A stretch of 37,589 bases of DNA, taken from NCBI GenBank assembly GCA_002104905.1, contig MCFE01000771.1, forward strand, positions 1 through 37,589, given 5' to 3'. The notes beneath the pieces were generated by a model. That model saw only the letters and a list, made by a program, of their open reading frames with translations. It did no database searches and was not told where the DNA came from. The translations under genes were made by a program, and so were the position numbers. Source of the stretch: Basidiobolus meristosporus CBS 931.73 (Eukaryota; Fungi; Basidiobolomycota). Shown piece by piece: positions 23,796 to 36,800 of the stretch; the stretch's first letter is position 1, and each line of letters starts with the position of its first letter.

Positions 23796-26700
23796 ATGAC
23801 TAATCAAGCGAATCTCGAGGTACATATCTTCCATTGTCCATCCCAACTTGGCTCAGCCTGACTCACCGATGCTCGTATTGTCGCCACCCCACCACCTGAC
23901 TTGACTCGCGAAAACAGACCGTAAACACGGAAACCAATTTGAAAGAAGAAGGGAGAGAGGGTTCTGTTGCGGAAGATGCCTCCGATTTGCAGTCGATAAG
24001 AGTACTTTTGTTATATCAGACCTGGATGACACGATGCTTGGTATTTATATGGCCATCTTCACCATTTAGAGTGAAACCGAAACCACAGTCACCAGTGCGG
24101 ACGAAAGACCCTCCCTGGACGACTCCAAGGTAGCAACGGGGTTCAAATTCACCATCTTCGACAGACAGAGAGACACAGCGTACTCACAGCTTTTCATTCC
24201 CAGTTCAAAGAGACCATCAAGAGATATCGGTACCTGCTGGGACAAACCGATTTGTTCACCCATTTCATCAACTTAAAAAAAGAGAAGAACGAAGAGTTCA
24301 AAGCCCTCCTCGAGGAGAGTCTCCAGAGCGATGAGAAAGGAGAGAACCATGACGGGTAAGTACCAGTATGACCCTACCGAGTCCAACCGCTTCTCATTGT
24401 ATTGGAGCAGTTCCAGGAGACATAGAAAGACGGAGAAAGAAGAGGACGAGGAGCTCCTCCACGCGGATGAGCAAGTGCTCGACACCCAGACCGTGTTCAC
24501 CGAGTCCCCCAAATGTAAGGGCAACTTCTGTTGCTCCCTGAGCTTCATGTTCTAACGAATTATGCGCAGATGTCGCGGGAGGCACCATGCGAGATTACCA
24601 GCTCCATGGACTCAACTGGATGATTTCGCTGTTTGAGAATGGGATCAATGGGATCCTTGCTGACGAAATGGGGTTGGGGAAAACGCTCCAGGTCATCTCG
24701 TTCCTGGGCTATCTCAAACACTACCGTAACCGACCTGGCCCACATCTGGTGGTCGTGCCGAAGTCCACCTTGCACAACTGGATCAGCGAGTTCAACAAAT
24801 GGGTTCCCACCATCAAAGTGTTTATGCTCCACGGCAACAAGGAGGCGCGGGTTAGTTCGTAGTGTAGACCGGCCGCCAGCGCAGAGGGTGAACACTAACC
24901 CCATGCGTATCATTTCTAGGCAAAGATCATCGAGGAGAAATTGTTTGGCGAGGACTTCGACGTGTGCGTGACATCGTACGAAATGTGCCTTCTCGAGAAG
25001 AACAAGCTGGGGAAGGTCTCTTGGCAATACATCGTGATCGATGAAGCCCACCGGATCAAGAATGAAAACTCGCTACTCTCCCGCATCGTGCGCATCCTGA
25101 ATTCACGGAACCGACTCTTGATCACTGGCACCCCGCTGCAGAACAATCTTCACGAACTGTGGGCGCTCCTCAACTTCCTGCTACCGGATATCTTCAGCTC
25201 GGCCGAGGATTTCGATGCCTGGTTCCAACTCTATGGAGGAGACCAAGATGCAGTGGTGAAGCAGCTCCACAAGGTGCTCCGACCATTCCTCCTGCGCAGA
25301 ATCAAATCCGATGTGGAGAAGTCGCTTTTGCCCAAGAAGGAGGTGAACCTGTACATAGGCATGAGCACCATGCAACGCAAGTGGTATCAAAGAATCTTGG
25401 AGAAGGATATCGATGCGGTCAACGGTGCCGTGGGCAACAAGAAAGGCAGTAAAAACCGACTGATGAACATCGTCATGCAGCTGAGGAAGTGCTGCAACCA
25501 CCCCTATTTATTTGATGGCGCCGAGCCTGGCCCCCCATTCACTACGGACGAGCACCTGGTGGACAATTCCGGCAAGATGCTGGTGTTGGATCGACTCCTT
25601 GCGCGGTTGAAGGCCCAAGGATCACGCGTGCTGCTCTTCAGTCAAATGAGCCGTATGCTGGACATTTTTGAAGACTACTGCACGTATCGGGATTACGACT
25701 ACTGCCGAATCGATGGGCAAACGGCCCACGAGGACCGAATCCAAGCGATCGACGAGTACAACAGTCCGAACAGCTCCAAGTTCATTTTCTTGCTGACCAC
25801 ACGTGCCGGAGGCCTCGGGATCAACTTGGTCACCGCCGACATAGTCATTCTCTACGACAGCGACTGGAATCCCCAGGTGGATCTGCAGGCGCAGGATCGT
25901 GCCCATCGTATTGGCCAGACGAAGCAGGTCTACGTGTTCCGGATGATCACCGAAAATGCCATCGAGGAGAAGGTGTTGGAGAGAGCCGCGCAAAAGCTGC
26001 GTCTTGACCAGCTGGTGATTCAGCAGGGCCGTTTGGCCCAGCAGCAAAAGACCACATCGAAGGACGAGCTGTTAACCATGATCCAGCATGGCGCGCAGGA
26101 CATGTTCCAGTCCACCGAGAGCACCGTGGGCAACGATGACATCGAAGAGATCCTGAAGCGAGGTGAGGCCAAGACTGCGGAGCTGATGAAGAAATACGAG
26201 AATATCGGCCTGGAGGACCTCCAGAAATTCTCCTCCGAGAGCCTCGGGAGCGCTTACGAATGGCAGGGGGAGGACTATCGAGGACACAAACGAAAGGAAG
26301 ATGTTCTCAAATCGAACTGGATCCAGCCAGCCAAACGTGAGCGCAAGGCGAATTATGCCATCGACGATTATTACCGGGAGGCGTTGCGCGTCGGCCCCAA
26401 GCAGCCGGCCAACAAACTCCCACGTCCGCCAAAGCAACTCACCGTTTACGACTTCCAATTCTACCCACCACGCCTCATGGAGCTTCAGCAAAAGGAGATC
26501 TATCACTACAGGAAATCCATCAACTACCAGGTGCCCAAGGCGGAGGATGAGGAGCACGAGGAGGAGCGTTGCCAAGAGCAGGCCAAAATCGATGCCGCCG
26601 AGCCACTGACGGAGGAGGAGAAGGAGGAGAAGGAGAGACTGTTGGTGGAGGGCTTCGAGAACTGGGGCAAGCGTGATTTCAATGGATTTGTGAAGGCCTG

Positions 26701-27250
26701 CGAACGCCACGGCAGAGACGACCTGGAGGCGATCGCCCAAGAGATTGACGGGAAATCGCTGGAGGAGGTGGAAGCCTACGCCAAAGTCTTCTGGGAGCGG
26801 TGCCAGGAGTTGGCGGAGCACGAGAAGATAATCGCCAACATCGAGAAGGGAGAGGCTCGCCTCAAACGACAGGACGAGATCCAGGATCAACTCACCTCCA
26901 AGATTTCCCAGTACCGCCTTCCCCTCCAGCAACTCAAACTCACCCACACCCAGAACAAGGGGAAGAATTACACGGAGGAGGAGGACCGCTTCTTGCTCGT
27001 CATGCTGGAGAGTTATGGGTACGGCACGGAAGACGTCTACGAGAAGATCCGAGGCGAGATCCGCAGGTCCCCACTGTTCCGCTTCGATTGGTTCTTCAAG
27101 TCCCGCACAGCGACGGAGCTTGCTCGACGTTGCAACACCTTGATAGGCTTGATCCAGAAAGAGAACGGGGAGTCGGAGGACAAGTCCTCGAGTAAAGCCA
27201 AGGCCAAGCCCGCCTCGGAGTCCGGCCGACGTAAGAAGACCCCGCTCTGA
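23796..27250 (+). CDS. ISWI: ISWI-family chromatin remodelling ATPase (Isw1/Isw2/SMARCA5), about 7 exons
   Basis: [60 protein letters not shown] and HAND-SANT-SLIDE ([19 protein letters not shown]). 5' exons start at 23796, ~23919, ~24070 and ~24204. Confidence 0.95.
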
Positions 27251-27379
27251 TAGACGCCCCAGGTTTGGCACCACTCATCTTCATGTAAACATAGACTTCA
27301 AGTATACATCACTTATACTGATCATTATCCATGGCGATATATGTTTATTGCTTACGAATGTACTTTAAATAAACTCGGT

Positions 27380-30300
27380 TTAGTTCTTGGAAGACGGGGG
27401 ATTGGGGTTGCTGGAGTAGTTGATCGGTATCGAGGGATTCCATGCGCCTGCTAGTGGTGCTTGGGGTTTGGGGCTGTTGGAGCTGGGATTGGCGTAGCCG
27501 TAATTAGGGGAGGGCATTTGATATGCTGGTCTGGGGGAGGGGCTGCTGGACGAGGGGGCGAGTGCGGGTGCGGGTGCGGAGGGAGATGGTCGGTTGTCAG
27601 AGATATTCAGGCCGGTCACGGAGCGGGTAAGTTGGCTGTGGGGAGGAGGGAATGTTCAGTAGCAGTGGGGTGAGCAGCCCAACGCTGTCGCGCTTACCTA
27701 AGGTAATCCTTGCTTTCCATCTTTCTGGCGAAGCTGAAGTCTTTGCAACTCTCCAGGAATTTCTGGATGATCTTTTCGAAGTCCCGGTAGAATTTGGCTC
27801 CCTCTTGCAGATTGTTGAGGATCTCTTTGTATTTGCCGTAGGCCACGTCGAGGTTCTGGAGGGCTTTCTCGCGGGATTGCACCTGCGAGCTATTCCGGCG
27901 AGTGGCCACGAATTGCCCGTTGATTTCCTGGTGACGGGGATAAGTACGGTTGGTGTTGTGAGGAACGAGGCAAGAAAATCACCTTCAGATTCTCCAATAG
28001 CTCCTCTTGAGCAACCGATTCCTCCTTGACCAATTCCAAGTAGTGTTCGTATTTTCTCAGCTCCTGGGAAAACAGGTCCTCGAAGTGCGAGGTTTCGATG
28101 TTCACGATGGGCGAGGAGGCATTGGCGGAAATGGCCACGGTGGCGCGCAGTAAGCTTGGTCCTGGAAAGAGCATGTTACTACGTGGGGTCAGGCAGGCAT
28201 GATTGGTGCTGATGATTGGACTCTACCTATGTCGTCCTGTTCCGCGAATCCTCGCACCTCGGCGACAAGCTTCTTCCGGGCCTTCATTTTTTCGTCCATC
28301 TCGTACAGAAGGGCTTGGAGTTGTCCAATGATGTCGTTGTCGAGACCGGAGGCTCCATTGAGAGCGGGCACCGCACGTTCTAGTTCGCTCTGGGGGGGGA
28401 GGGTCATGGATTAGAGAGGGTGTTCTCTAGTGAACGAGTCCGGGGAAACTTACTCGACTGCCGCTGAGCAGATCTATGAACTTCCTCCAAGATTCCAATT
28501 TCGCCCGCACGATGCTGTCGCTCTTGGCCGCGGATTCCAAGGTCTGCTTGAACTTCTGTCCTTGCTCGGTCAAGTTCACCGTCAGCGACCGAGACGAAGG
28601 CCTGGTCCAGCGGCCCGCGAACTGCGCTCGCATCTCCTCGTCATCTTCTGCCTCCTGGGTCAACGATGCAAACGCCTGGATCCAAACCAGATGAGTCGAC
28701 AGGCTTCACAGCCGCTCATGATTACCACCACTTACCTCGTCCAACAGCGAACTATCTCGCGCGGCCAAATCCTTGATCGTGGCGATGATGCTGTCAAGAT
28801 GTGAAGCTCCGCCGTCCGAGCGAACCTCGTCGGCTTTGGCTAGGAGAGACGGGGGTAGACCGATCGGCTGTTCCAGCGCTTGAAGCGATCCCGGAAGATT
28901 CACGGATTGTAGGAAGCTAAACGTAGATAGGTGTGTTGGTGGATGGTATCGAGCCAAAGTGGAATGTCAAACATGCGTACTCTAGATACTCGGTATCCAG
29001 CTCGTCTAGGAAGTCCACCACGTCGTGCTTGATCAGTTGATCTTTGCGGTCGGCGTAGATACTGGCCGCTTGGTGGACAGCAAACGGAACCAGCTTCGAA
29101 AACAACGGGGGCCCTATGACCGATTGCTCAGTCATGAACGAGCCGGGGGAGGTGATCTCCGATGGCGGGGTGGGCTTGACCATGTTGGCCGGGGTAATGG
29201 CCGCGATGTTGGTCAAGTCTGGAACCAACTCCAGGTAAATCATGTCGTTGTCCTTCTCGGCGCGGTTGAGGTTCTTCTGGATGATGGCCTGTAGTGACTG
29301 GAAAGCAATCAGTCCCGCGCTCTTCTCCGGAGCCAGCCGAGTTACCATACCTTTAGATCGTTGATGACCGACTCGCGGCCAGACCTCTGGAGCTCCAGGC
29401 CTTTTCGTACGTACTCGTCGGCCCCTCTTAACCGGGAGATCTCCTCGCCGTATTTGTTCTGTCCGATACACTCGCTGGATTTCCGGAACAGTGCCGCCGC
29501 GTGGAAGTGGTTGGCCTTGATGTGCATCTGCGCCATCCATTGCTAGAGAACATCGTTATTCAAGCTCACGCAGCAACCCGGATCACGGCACCTACCTGGC
29601 CGAAGAGGCTGCCGAGAGCGTTGTGTGATGCGAGATCATAGGCTGCATCGTAGAAGCTGGCCACCGATTCGGCAAGCTTGGCGATGATGGCGTCCTTCAT
29701 TTGGTCTGTGCAGATCGCAGCAAGAGTGAGATCAGGCCGAGGTTCAGTGGCGTGCTACATGAGTTGGAAATGGTACCTTTCACCGCCTTTTGCCAGAAGC
29801 ATTCCTGAGCTTGGGCAAGCATTAGATTGATCAGCGCGTTCAGAACCGGCATTCCCATGTCAGGAGTGGGGGAGCATCGGAGCTCACTCAGGAGGTTCTC
29901 CTGGATGTACTTGAAGACCCCCGCGGCATTCTTGGGTACGAAACAGTATGGTAAGATGGTGGGTCCCACGTCAGAGCCATGTCAACCTACCTGAAAGTGC
30001 TGGCAAGCTTTTTTCAATCCTTCGGAGGAGGATCGATTCTCCGCCTGTCCAAGTTGGCTGTACATGGCGCCGATGTTGAAGAGAATGCAGGCTCTTTCGT
30101 AGTGGAGATTCTTTTGCTCTATCGAGGGGGAGTAGGTTAGGGAACTGGGCCTCTGGCTAACGGCTAGTCATCGAAGGCCTACCTGGATGCTTCACTTTCG
30201 TAAACGAATTGTACCAGGTAAAAGCGATGTCCACCTAGCGAAGGGTGAGGTTTAGTCAAGCGAGGGCCAAGCAAGGATTACAGTAGAGCTCACATCGGAG

Positions 30301-30596
30301 GGGAATTTCGTGCTGATGAATACCAGCTGGCCGTAGTATCTAATCAAACTGGGGTTAGGCTCAGGTGCTAATCAACGTGCTCTTAACCGTTCCATCGACC
30401 TTATCAAGCGATTAAGCGAGTTCTGATGCACCTCGGCGTTGACACAATCCGCACGCAACGCCTCAATCACCCGATAGTCGTCAACATAAAGATCCGGCGG
30501 CTCCGAATAGGAATTGGCGATGTATTCACGCAGCGGTTTGGTCAGCTGAACGCTCTCGGTTTTTTTCAGGTCGACGGCGATGATGTTGGTGGTCAT
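27380..30596 (-). CDS. RIM20: Bro1/ALIX-family pH-signalling protein PalA/Rim20, about 13 exons
   Basis: Exons join in frame: [73 protein letters not shown] domain, Pro-rich tail. Confidence 0.92.
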
Positions 30597-30868
30597 GGGC
30601 CGAACAAAGTTGGGGGGGATACTGGTGGAAGCTGCTCAGAAATGGGAGAAAAGGTCCACAAAGAAATACCAGGTACTGGCACAACGAGGCACTTAGGTTG
30701 GCTGGTTGGATTTGTTGTTTTCCTGATGTGTAGTGACGAAGTTCCATACATTCCAAATCATTTCCCTATTCCAGATCGTCAAACCGAATCACCATCATCC
30801 GATCTGCAGTCACATGAATCAGGCTGCTGACTTACTCTGCTGCTCCGTAAACATCGTCCAAAGGCACT

Positions 30869-31446
30869 ATGAGAGTAACCTTGACAGAAGGAATTTGTGG
30901 AGGCTTCGTCCCTCCCAAGGTAAGGTAAGCCTCCACCTTTTTACCGGAGAGGTCCCAGCGGGTTATAACCTGCTTTACAGGAGAATCGTACAGTTCGACA
31001 CCACTTCCAAACTTGTTGAAGAGACCATCCTGCAAGATGAGGAGTACGTTACCAAGTCCGGAAAGTTGCCGGAGTCAGTGACCCTTTGTTCAACCTTTGT
31101 ACATACCACTCTACTAAGCCTACTTTAGCGAGGTGACCTCAGCCTTGGTGAAGAAGGTGGAGAGGTTGCGACATCTGCCCACCGAGCTTCCCCCGTTCTC
31201 TTCTGATATCTACGGCTTGGACACCTCCATAATCGTCGAGGCTGATGACTTCCAGTGGGGCAACGGTGGGGTTTCCCTTGAGGAGGACTGCTACTCTTTC
31301 CCTCGGATATTGACCTTCCTGAATATGTAGGGGCGCCCCAAGGCTGCGCTTGGTCGGAACCAATGGTTACCATTTCTTCTGAGCAGAAGAACGAGTTCCA
31401 GGAGACCGCTCAGGAGATCCTGGCGGTTGGAAGATTCGCTCAGTAG
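30869..31446 (+). CDS. Small (~133 aa) conserved fungal protein of unknown function, 4 exons
   Basis: Donors GTAAGC, GTCAGT and GTGGGG, each with a branch site and AG, join in frame to MRVTLTEGICGGFVPPKVRRIVQFD..LPTELPPFSSDIYGLDTSIIVEADDFQWGNGAPQGC..EQKNEFQETAQEILAVGRFAQ*. An extra 5' exon is possible. Confidence 0.75.
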
Positions 31447-31866
31447 CTCATACACCACTCTACGTACAATGTCACTTGGAAAATGCTTGGTGTAGATTTC
31501 TACCATCACATCTTGGGTGGGCCCAATAAAGGATAGGTCCATGCTTCTGCTCTACCCGTTTGCTATCAAAATGGCCCTTGATTTGGCTTGGTCTTTTATG
31601 TTATGCCCTTGAAATATGGTAGCCATGTGTCAGAAGTGGCCACCTCAGTGCTAACACCATGCAATTGCTGACCACATGTTCTTCTACATTCCACCATCCA
31701 TGGTCACAATCATTGAGCCACACACATGATATGCTATTTCTGGAACCACTTGGCACCCCACAAAGCTGCAGGAGTGATCTGCTAGTCCTAAAGAATAGCA
31801 ATCAGTACAAAATCCACATTCAGGCAGACTAGCCACACAGTGCAACTTGACCTGGCAGGCCATAAT

Positions 31867-33449
31867 TGTTGTAAAAACTTGTAATTCCACCTAAATAGTC
31901 AACTAACTTAGCCACTTAGATCAGTGCCTACAAATCTTAGAGAATGCTGACCAAATACCTTGTTGGGATTTACCTTAATATTTTCACCAAAACATCAGGT
32001 ACACAGAACATGAAAGTTTGTTAAGTTGTCCAGATAGCCCAAACTTCAGAGGCATTGCAATTCTCCAATAAAAACATGCGTATATCACACATGATCCATA
32101 TATCAGAACACATTTTTTGAGATTTGGATCCAGGAAAAAGATTATAATACACCATGAGCAAAAAAACTAAAAGCAAAAGTATTCCGTATTTTTTATTTCC
32201 ATTGCACCAATTTGGAGTTGCTTCTACAAAATCAACGCAAATAATAGGAATTTTATCATGAATATTTGTGCCAGCATTTGGTTCATATGATAATCCAATA
32301 AGTGATGCAAAGCCATATAAAACTGCAAAAACCACTTGTACATTCAATAAATCTTCAAGTGACCACCTCATAATATACTTGTTCTCTCAATCACTTCTGA
32401 TATTTCCAAGACTCTTGCAATATGCTATGAGCCCCCAGCTATCATTTGATGCAGTGTCTACTACTGCTGTTACAGGGATTCTTCTCTGTGCTGAAAAGTT
32501 GGATCAATCTAAACTGGGATTTGGTCACAGAAAAAGAATGCCCTCCTAAAGATATAGCAGAGGAAGCCTTAAAGTACCAGAAGAAAAATCAAAGTGCGTT
32601 TACCTGCATATGCCTTGATGTTAAATACAAGTTGCTAATCCAATGTTCAAGAGTAAAAATGGTAATGAGTGCCTGGAAAGCATTAGAAGACACATACCAG
32701 TAATGTTCAGCTGCTCAGAAAATATATCTTTGACAAAAGCTCCTTTCTATGAAGAGGCTGCCAGGAGAAGGAATTCAATATCTAACTAACAGAATTACCA
32801 TCTTGGTTGATGAGATGCAATCAGCAGGTACACCAACTACAGATGAGGATGTGATAGTTACCATCCTGAATAGCCTGACAGACATGTTTCAAGGCCTGAT
32901 ATCAGTCCTAGAGTCCAGAACTGTAGATGTGTGCTTAAACTACATATATGGAAGGCTCTTGGATAAAGAACTAAGAAGACCAGTTGCCTATATGAAGGAT
33001 GGAGAAAATGCTTTAATCAGCAGTGATAACCAACAAAGGAGATACCCAAGACCTTTTAAAGGTAATAGCAACCTGTTTTTAACTACTGCAAAAGTAAAGG
33101 ACACACATTGGACTGGTGCCTGAAAAAGAGAGATAATCAACAGAAAAAGTCTGAATATAGAAATGCTGCAACAACTGAAGATAGACTATTCATATCTGCA
33201 CTAAATATGACCACAAACAAGGATTCTCAGAAGTGGTACATTGACTCTGGAGCATCTCAACACCTTACACACCAAAAAGAACTGTTTACTCAATATCAGG
33301 AAATTCCAATCAAGAAGGTTTTCATGGGTGACAAACAACACATGATGCAGTGGGAGAAGGAACTACACAAGTGAACCTTAGAAGCAGAGAAGGAAGCCAT
33401 ACACTGACCTTTAAAGAAGTACTCTATGTACCAGAAGTAGCCAAGAACC
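31867..33449 (+). mobile_element. Decayed Ty1/copia LTR retrotransposon, 5' part (LTR-PBS-gag-protease), interrupted
   Basis: LTR 31867-32422 (TGTTGTAA...TTGCAATA), degenerate PBS TGCTATGAGCCC at 32423, gag/protease (WYIDSGASQH) with stops, frameshifts and a ~50-bp deletion. Colinear with the downstream element; breaks off at ...GCCAAGAACC. Confidence 0.9.
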
Positions 33450-33799
33450 TGTTGTAAAAATTCGTATTTTCCACCTAAATATTCACCTAACTTAGTCACT
33501 TAGATCATCACCTTCAAATCCTAGAGAATACTGACCAAATTCCTTGTCGGGATTTACTTAGAATATTTTCACCAAAATACCAGGTACCCAGAACATGAAA
33601 ATTCTCAAAGTTGTCCAAACAGCCCCAAACTTTGCACACATGTTCTTGGGACCTTCCTTAACCTATTCTACGTGTTTGTAATGCCAAGACCATGTAAAAG
33701 TATAAATACTACTTTTACATTCAATAAATCATTAAGTGAAAACCACATAATCTACTTGTTCTCCAAATCACTTCCAATATCTCCAAGACTCTTACAACA
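33450..33799 (+). repeat. 5' LTR (350 bp) of the younger copia element
   Basis: 8-bp terminal inverted repeat TGTTGTAA...TTACAACA, TATAAA and AATAAA inside, homologous to 31867-32422, PBS directly after. Confidence 0.92.
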
Positions 33800-33811
33800 G
33801 GTTATGAGCCC
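33800..33811 (+). promoter_or_regulatory. Primer binding site GGTTATGAGCCC (half-tRNAiMet type)
   Basis: Immediately 3' of the LTR; complementary to GGGCUCAUAACC, the anticodon stem-loop of fungal initiator tRNA-Met, as in Ty5. Confidence 0.85.
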
Positions 33812-36800
33812 CGAGCTGTCACTCTCTGCAATGTCTACTACTGCTATTACTGGAATTTTTCCCTCTGCTGAAAAGTTGGATGGATCTAACTACCAAGTGT
33901 GGAAGGTGAAGATGAAGATGCTGCTACAAGAAAGAGGCCTTTGGGATATTGTCATGGGAGAAGAATGCCCTCCTAAAAACGTGGGAGAGGAAGCCTTAAA
34001 GTACCAGAAGAAAGAACAAAGTGCCTTTAACTGCATTTGCCTTAATGTCAAGGACAAATTGCTAATTCAATGCTCAAGAGCAAAAACGGCTAAGAATGCC
34101 TGGAAAGCATTAGAAGACACCTACCAGTCATGTTCAGCTGCCAAGAAAATGTATCTGAGAAGAAAATTCTTTACTACAAAGATGCTGCCAGGAGAAGAAA
34201 TGAAAAATCTAATTAACAGAATTACCCTGCTGGTAGATGAGATGGAATCTGTGGGCGTACCAACTACTGATGAGGATGTGATAGTTACCATCCTGAATAG
34301 CCTGACAGACGAGTTTCAGGGCCTTGTATCAGCCCTAGAGTCCAGAACTGAAGATTTGACCTTAAATTACGTATATGGAAGGCTCCTGGATGAAGAATTA
34401 AGAAAATCAAGCGCCAATAAGAAGGAAGAAGAAAATGCTTTAATAAGCAATGATAACCAACAAAGGAGGTACCCAAGACCCTACAAAGGCAACAGCAACC
34501 TATTTTGCAACTACTGCAAAAGGAAAGGACACACATCAGACCGGTGTTTCAAAAAGAGAGATTATCAGCAAAAGAAGCCTGAATATGGAAATGCTGCAAC
34601 AACTGAAGATAGACTATTCATATCTGCACTAAATATGACCACAAACAAGGATTCTCAGACGTGGTATATTGACTCTGGAGCTTCTCAACACTTTACACAC
34701 CAAAAAGAACTTTTTACCCAATATCAAGAAATCCCAATTAAGAAGGTTTTCATGGGTGACGATAGAACACTTGATGCAGTGGGAGAAGGAACTATCCAAG
34801 TAAACCTTAGAAGCAGTGAAGGAAGCCATACACTGACCTTTAAAGAAGTACTCTATGTACCAGAAATAGCCAAGAACCTACTCTCTGTAAGCAAGGCCAC
34901 AGCAGAAGGACTCAGTTTCAGTTTTGACAATTCTGGATGCAGGATCACTGATCAAAATGGTGCTCATATTGCTTCGGGCATCAGAGATCAGAACCTATAC
35001 AAGTTGACTTATATTCCATCATATCTGGAAGCCAATATAAGTAACTTAAATGAAGAAACACCAATGCTTTGGCACAGGAGATTTGGACACATCAATTTTG
35101 ATTATTTGCGTAAAATGATCAAAGATCAGCTAATTTCTGGAGTGAAAATTGATCCCCCAGCTAATTTGGAGCACTGTGAAGCCTGCATATATGGGAAACA
35201 AGCCAGACAACCGTTCAAGAGCTCTGGGTTAATCAAAACTAAGAAAAAATTAGATCTAATTCACTCAGATCTGTGTGGACCTATGCAAAATTTATCCTTA
35301 GGCGGGATGAAGTATTTAATCACTTTTATTGATGATTATACAAGATACACATGGGTCTACTTCATGGAGAGAAAGGAAGAAGCTCTGTCTAAGCTAAGGG
35401 AGTTTAAATCCATGGTGGAGAGAGAAACTGGTGAAAAAATCAAGAAAATACGCTCTGACAATGGTGGAGAATATACCTCAAAACTCTTCATCCACTTCTG
35501 CAAAATTCATGGGATAAAGCAAGAGACTACTGTACCATACTCCCCACAGCAAAATGGAGTAGCAGAACGAGCTAACAGATCAATAATTGATATGGCAAGA
35601 TCTATGATCCATGATCAAAAATTATCCTATGATTTTTGGGCGGAATCAGTTGCCACTGCTGTATATCTTAAAAATAGGAGTTATAACAGAATACTTCGTG
35701 ATTCTACTCCATTTGAAGCATGGTATGGACACAGACCAAGTGCAGAACATCTAAGAATATTTGGGTGTACAGCATATGCCAAAAAACTGGCCGGAAATCA
35801 GTCAAAATTTGAGCCAAAAAGTGTAAAATGCATATTTTTGGGCTACTGCAATGAGAGTAAGGCATACAGACTCTACAATACCGAAGCAAAGAAGCTGATC
35901 AAGTCCAGGGATGTGTTGTTTGATGAAAATTCAAAATTTTCACAAAAAATGACATCAGATGATGACGAAAATTTGATCTCAAGTCCACCAATTGTCAGGA
36001 TTGAATCAGAGCAAAACAATGAAAATTTTTTCACTCCAGAGGACTCTACAACCGTGGTTCAGCCAGAATCAGTGCCCAGGAATATCCCAGAAGTGATCAT
36101 TCCAGTATCAAATGCCCGGAGATCAAATCGGACAAGAAATAGCCCAAATTACTATATTAATGAGGGTACAAACTTAGCCTATGCCTATTCAGTCCATATT
36201 GATGAACCCCAGACTGTAAAAGAGGCCCTAAATAGCCCTCAGACGAAGTTTTGGAGATCTGCAATGACTGAGGAATATCAGGCCCTGATGGAAAATCAAA
36301 CTTGGGACTTAGTCAAATTACCAATCAACCGAAAATCAATTGGATGCAGATGGGTCTTCAAGACAAAGTACAAGGCTGATGGTACAATTGAAAGATACAA
36401 AGCAAGACTTGTAGCCAAAGGATACTCTCAAACAAAAGGACTTGACTATACTGAGACCTTTGCACCGGTAGCCAAGTTTAATTCCATCAGATTAATATTG
36501 GCTATTGCAGCCAAATATAAGTTTTTTATTCATCAAATGGATGTAAAAACTGCATTTTTGAATGGAGAACTTGATGAGGACGTGTATATGGACCAGCCTG
36601 ATGGGTTTGTTGACCAAGATAACCCCCATTTGGTCTGCAAGCTTAAAAAGTCACTATATGGTCTCAAACAATCACCGAGAGCCTGGAATTGCAAGATAGA
36701 TTCTTATTTGGAATCTTTGAGTTTCAAAAGGAGTAATGCTGACTATAGTATATACTATAAGCCAGATAGAGCAAATCCAGTTCTATTAGCTCTATATGTG

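Noticed and set aside
26072-27274. 400-aa minus-strand ORF over ISWI
   Set aside because: Antisense shadow with Leu/Val-rich composition from the codon bias of the real gene.
30832-31542. Minus-strand ORFs (MDLSFIG..., MQDGLFN...) as a spliced gene
   Set aside because: Could not be joined in frame; the + strand gives a clean 4-exon gene instead.
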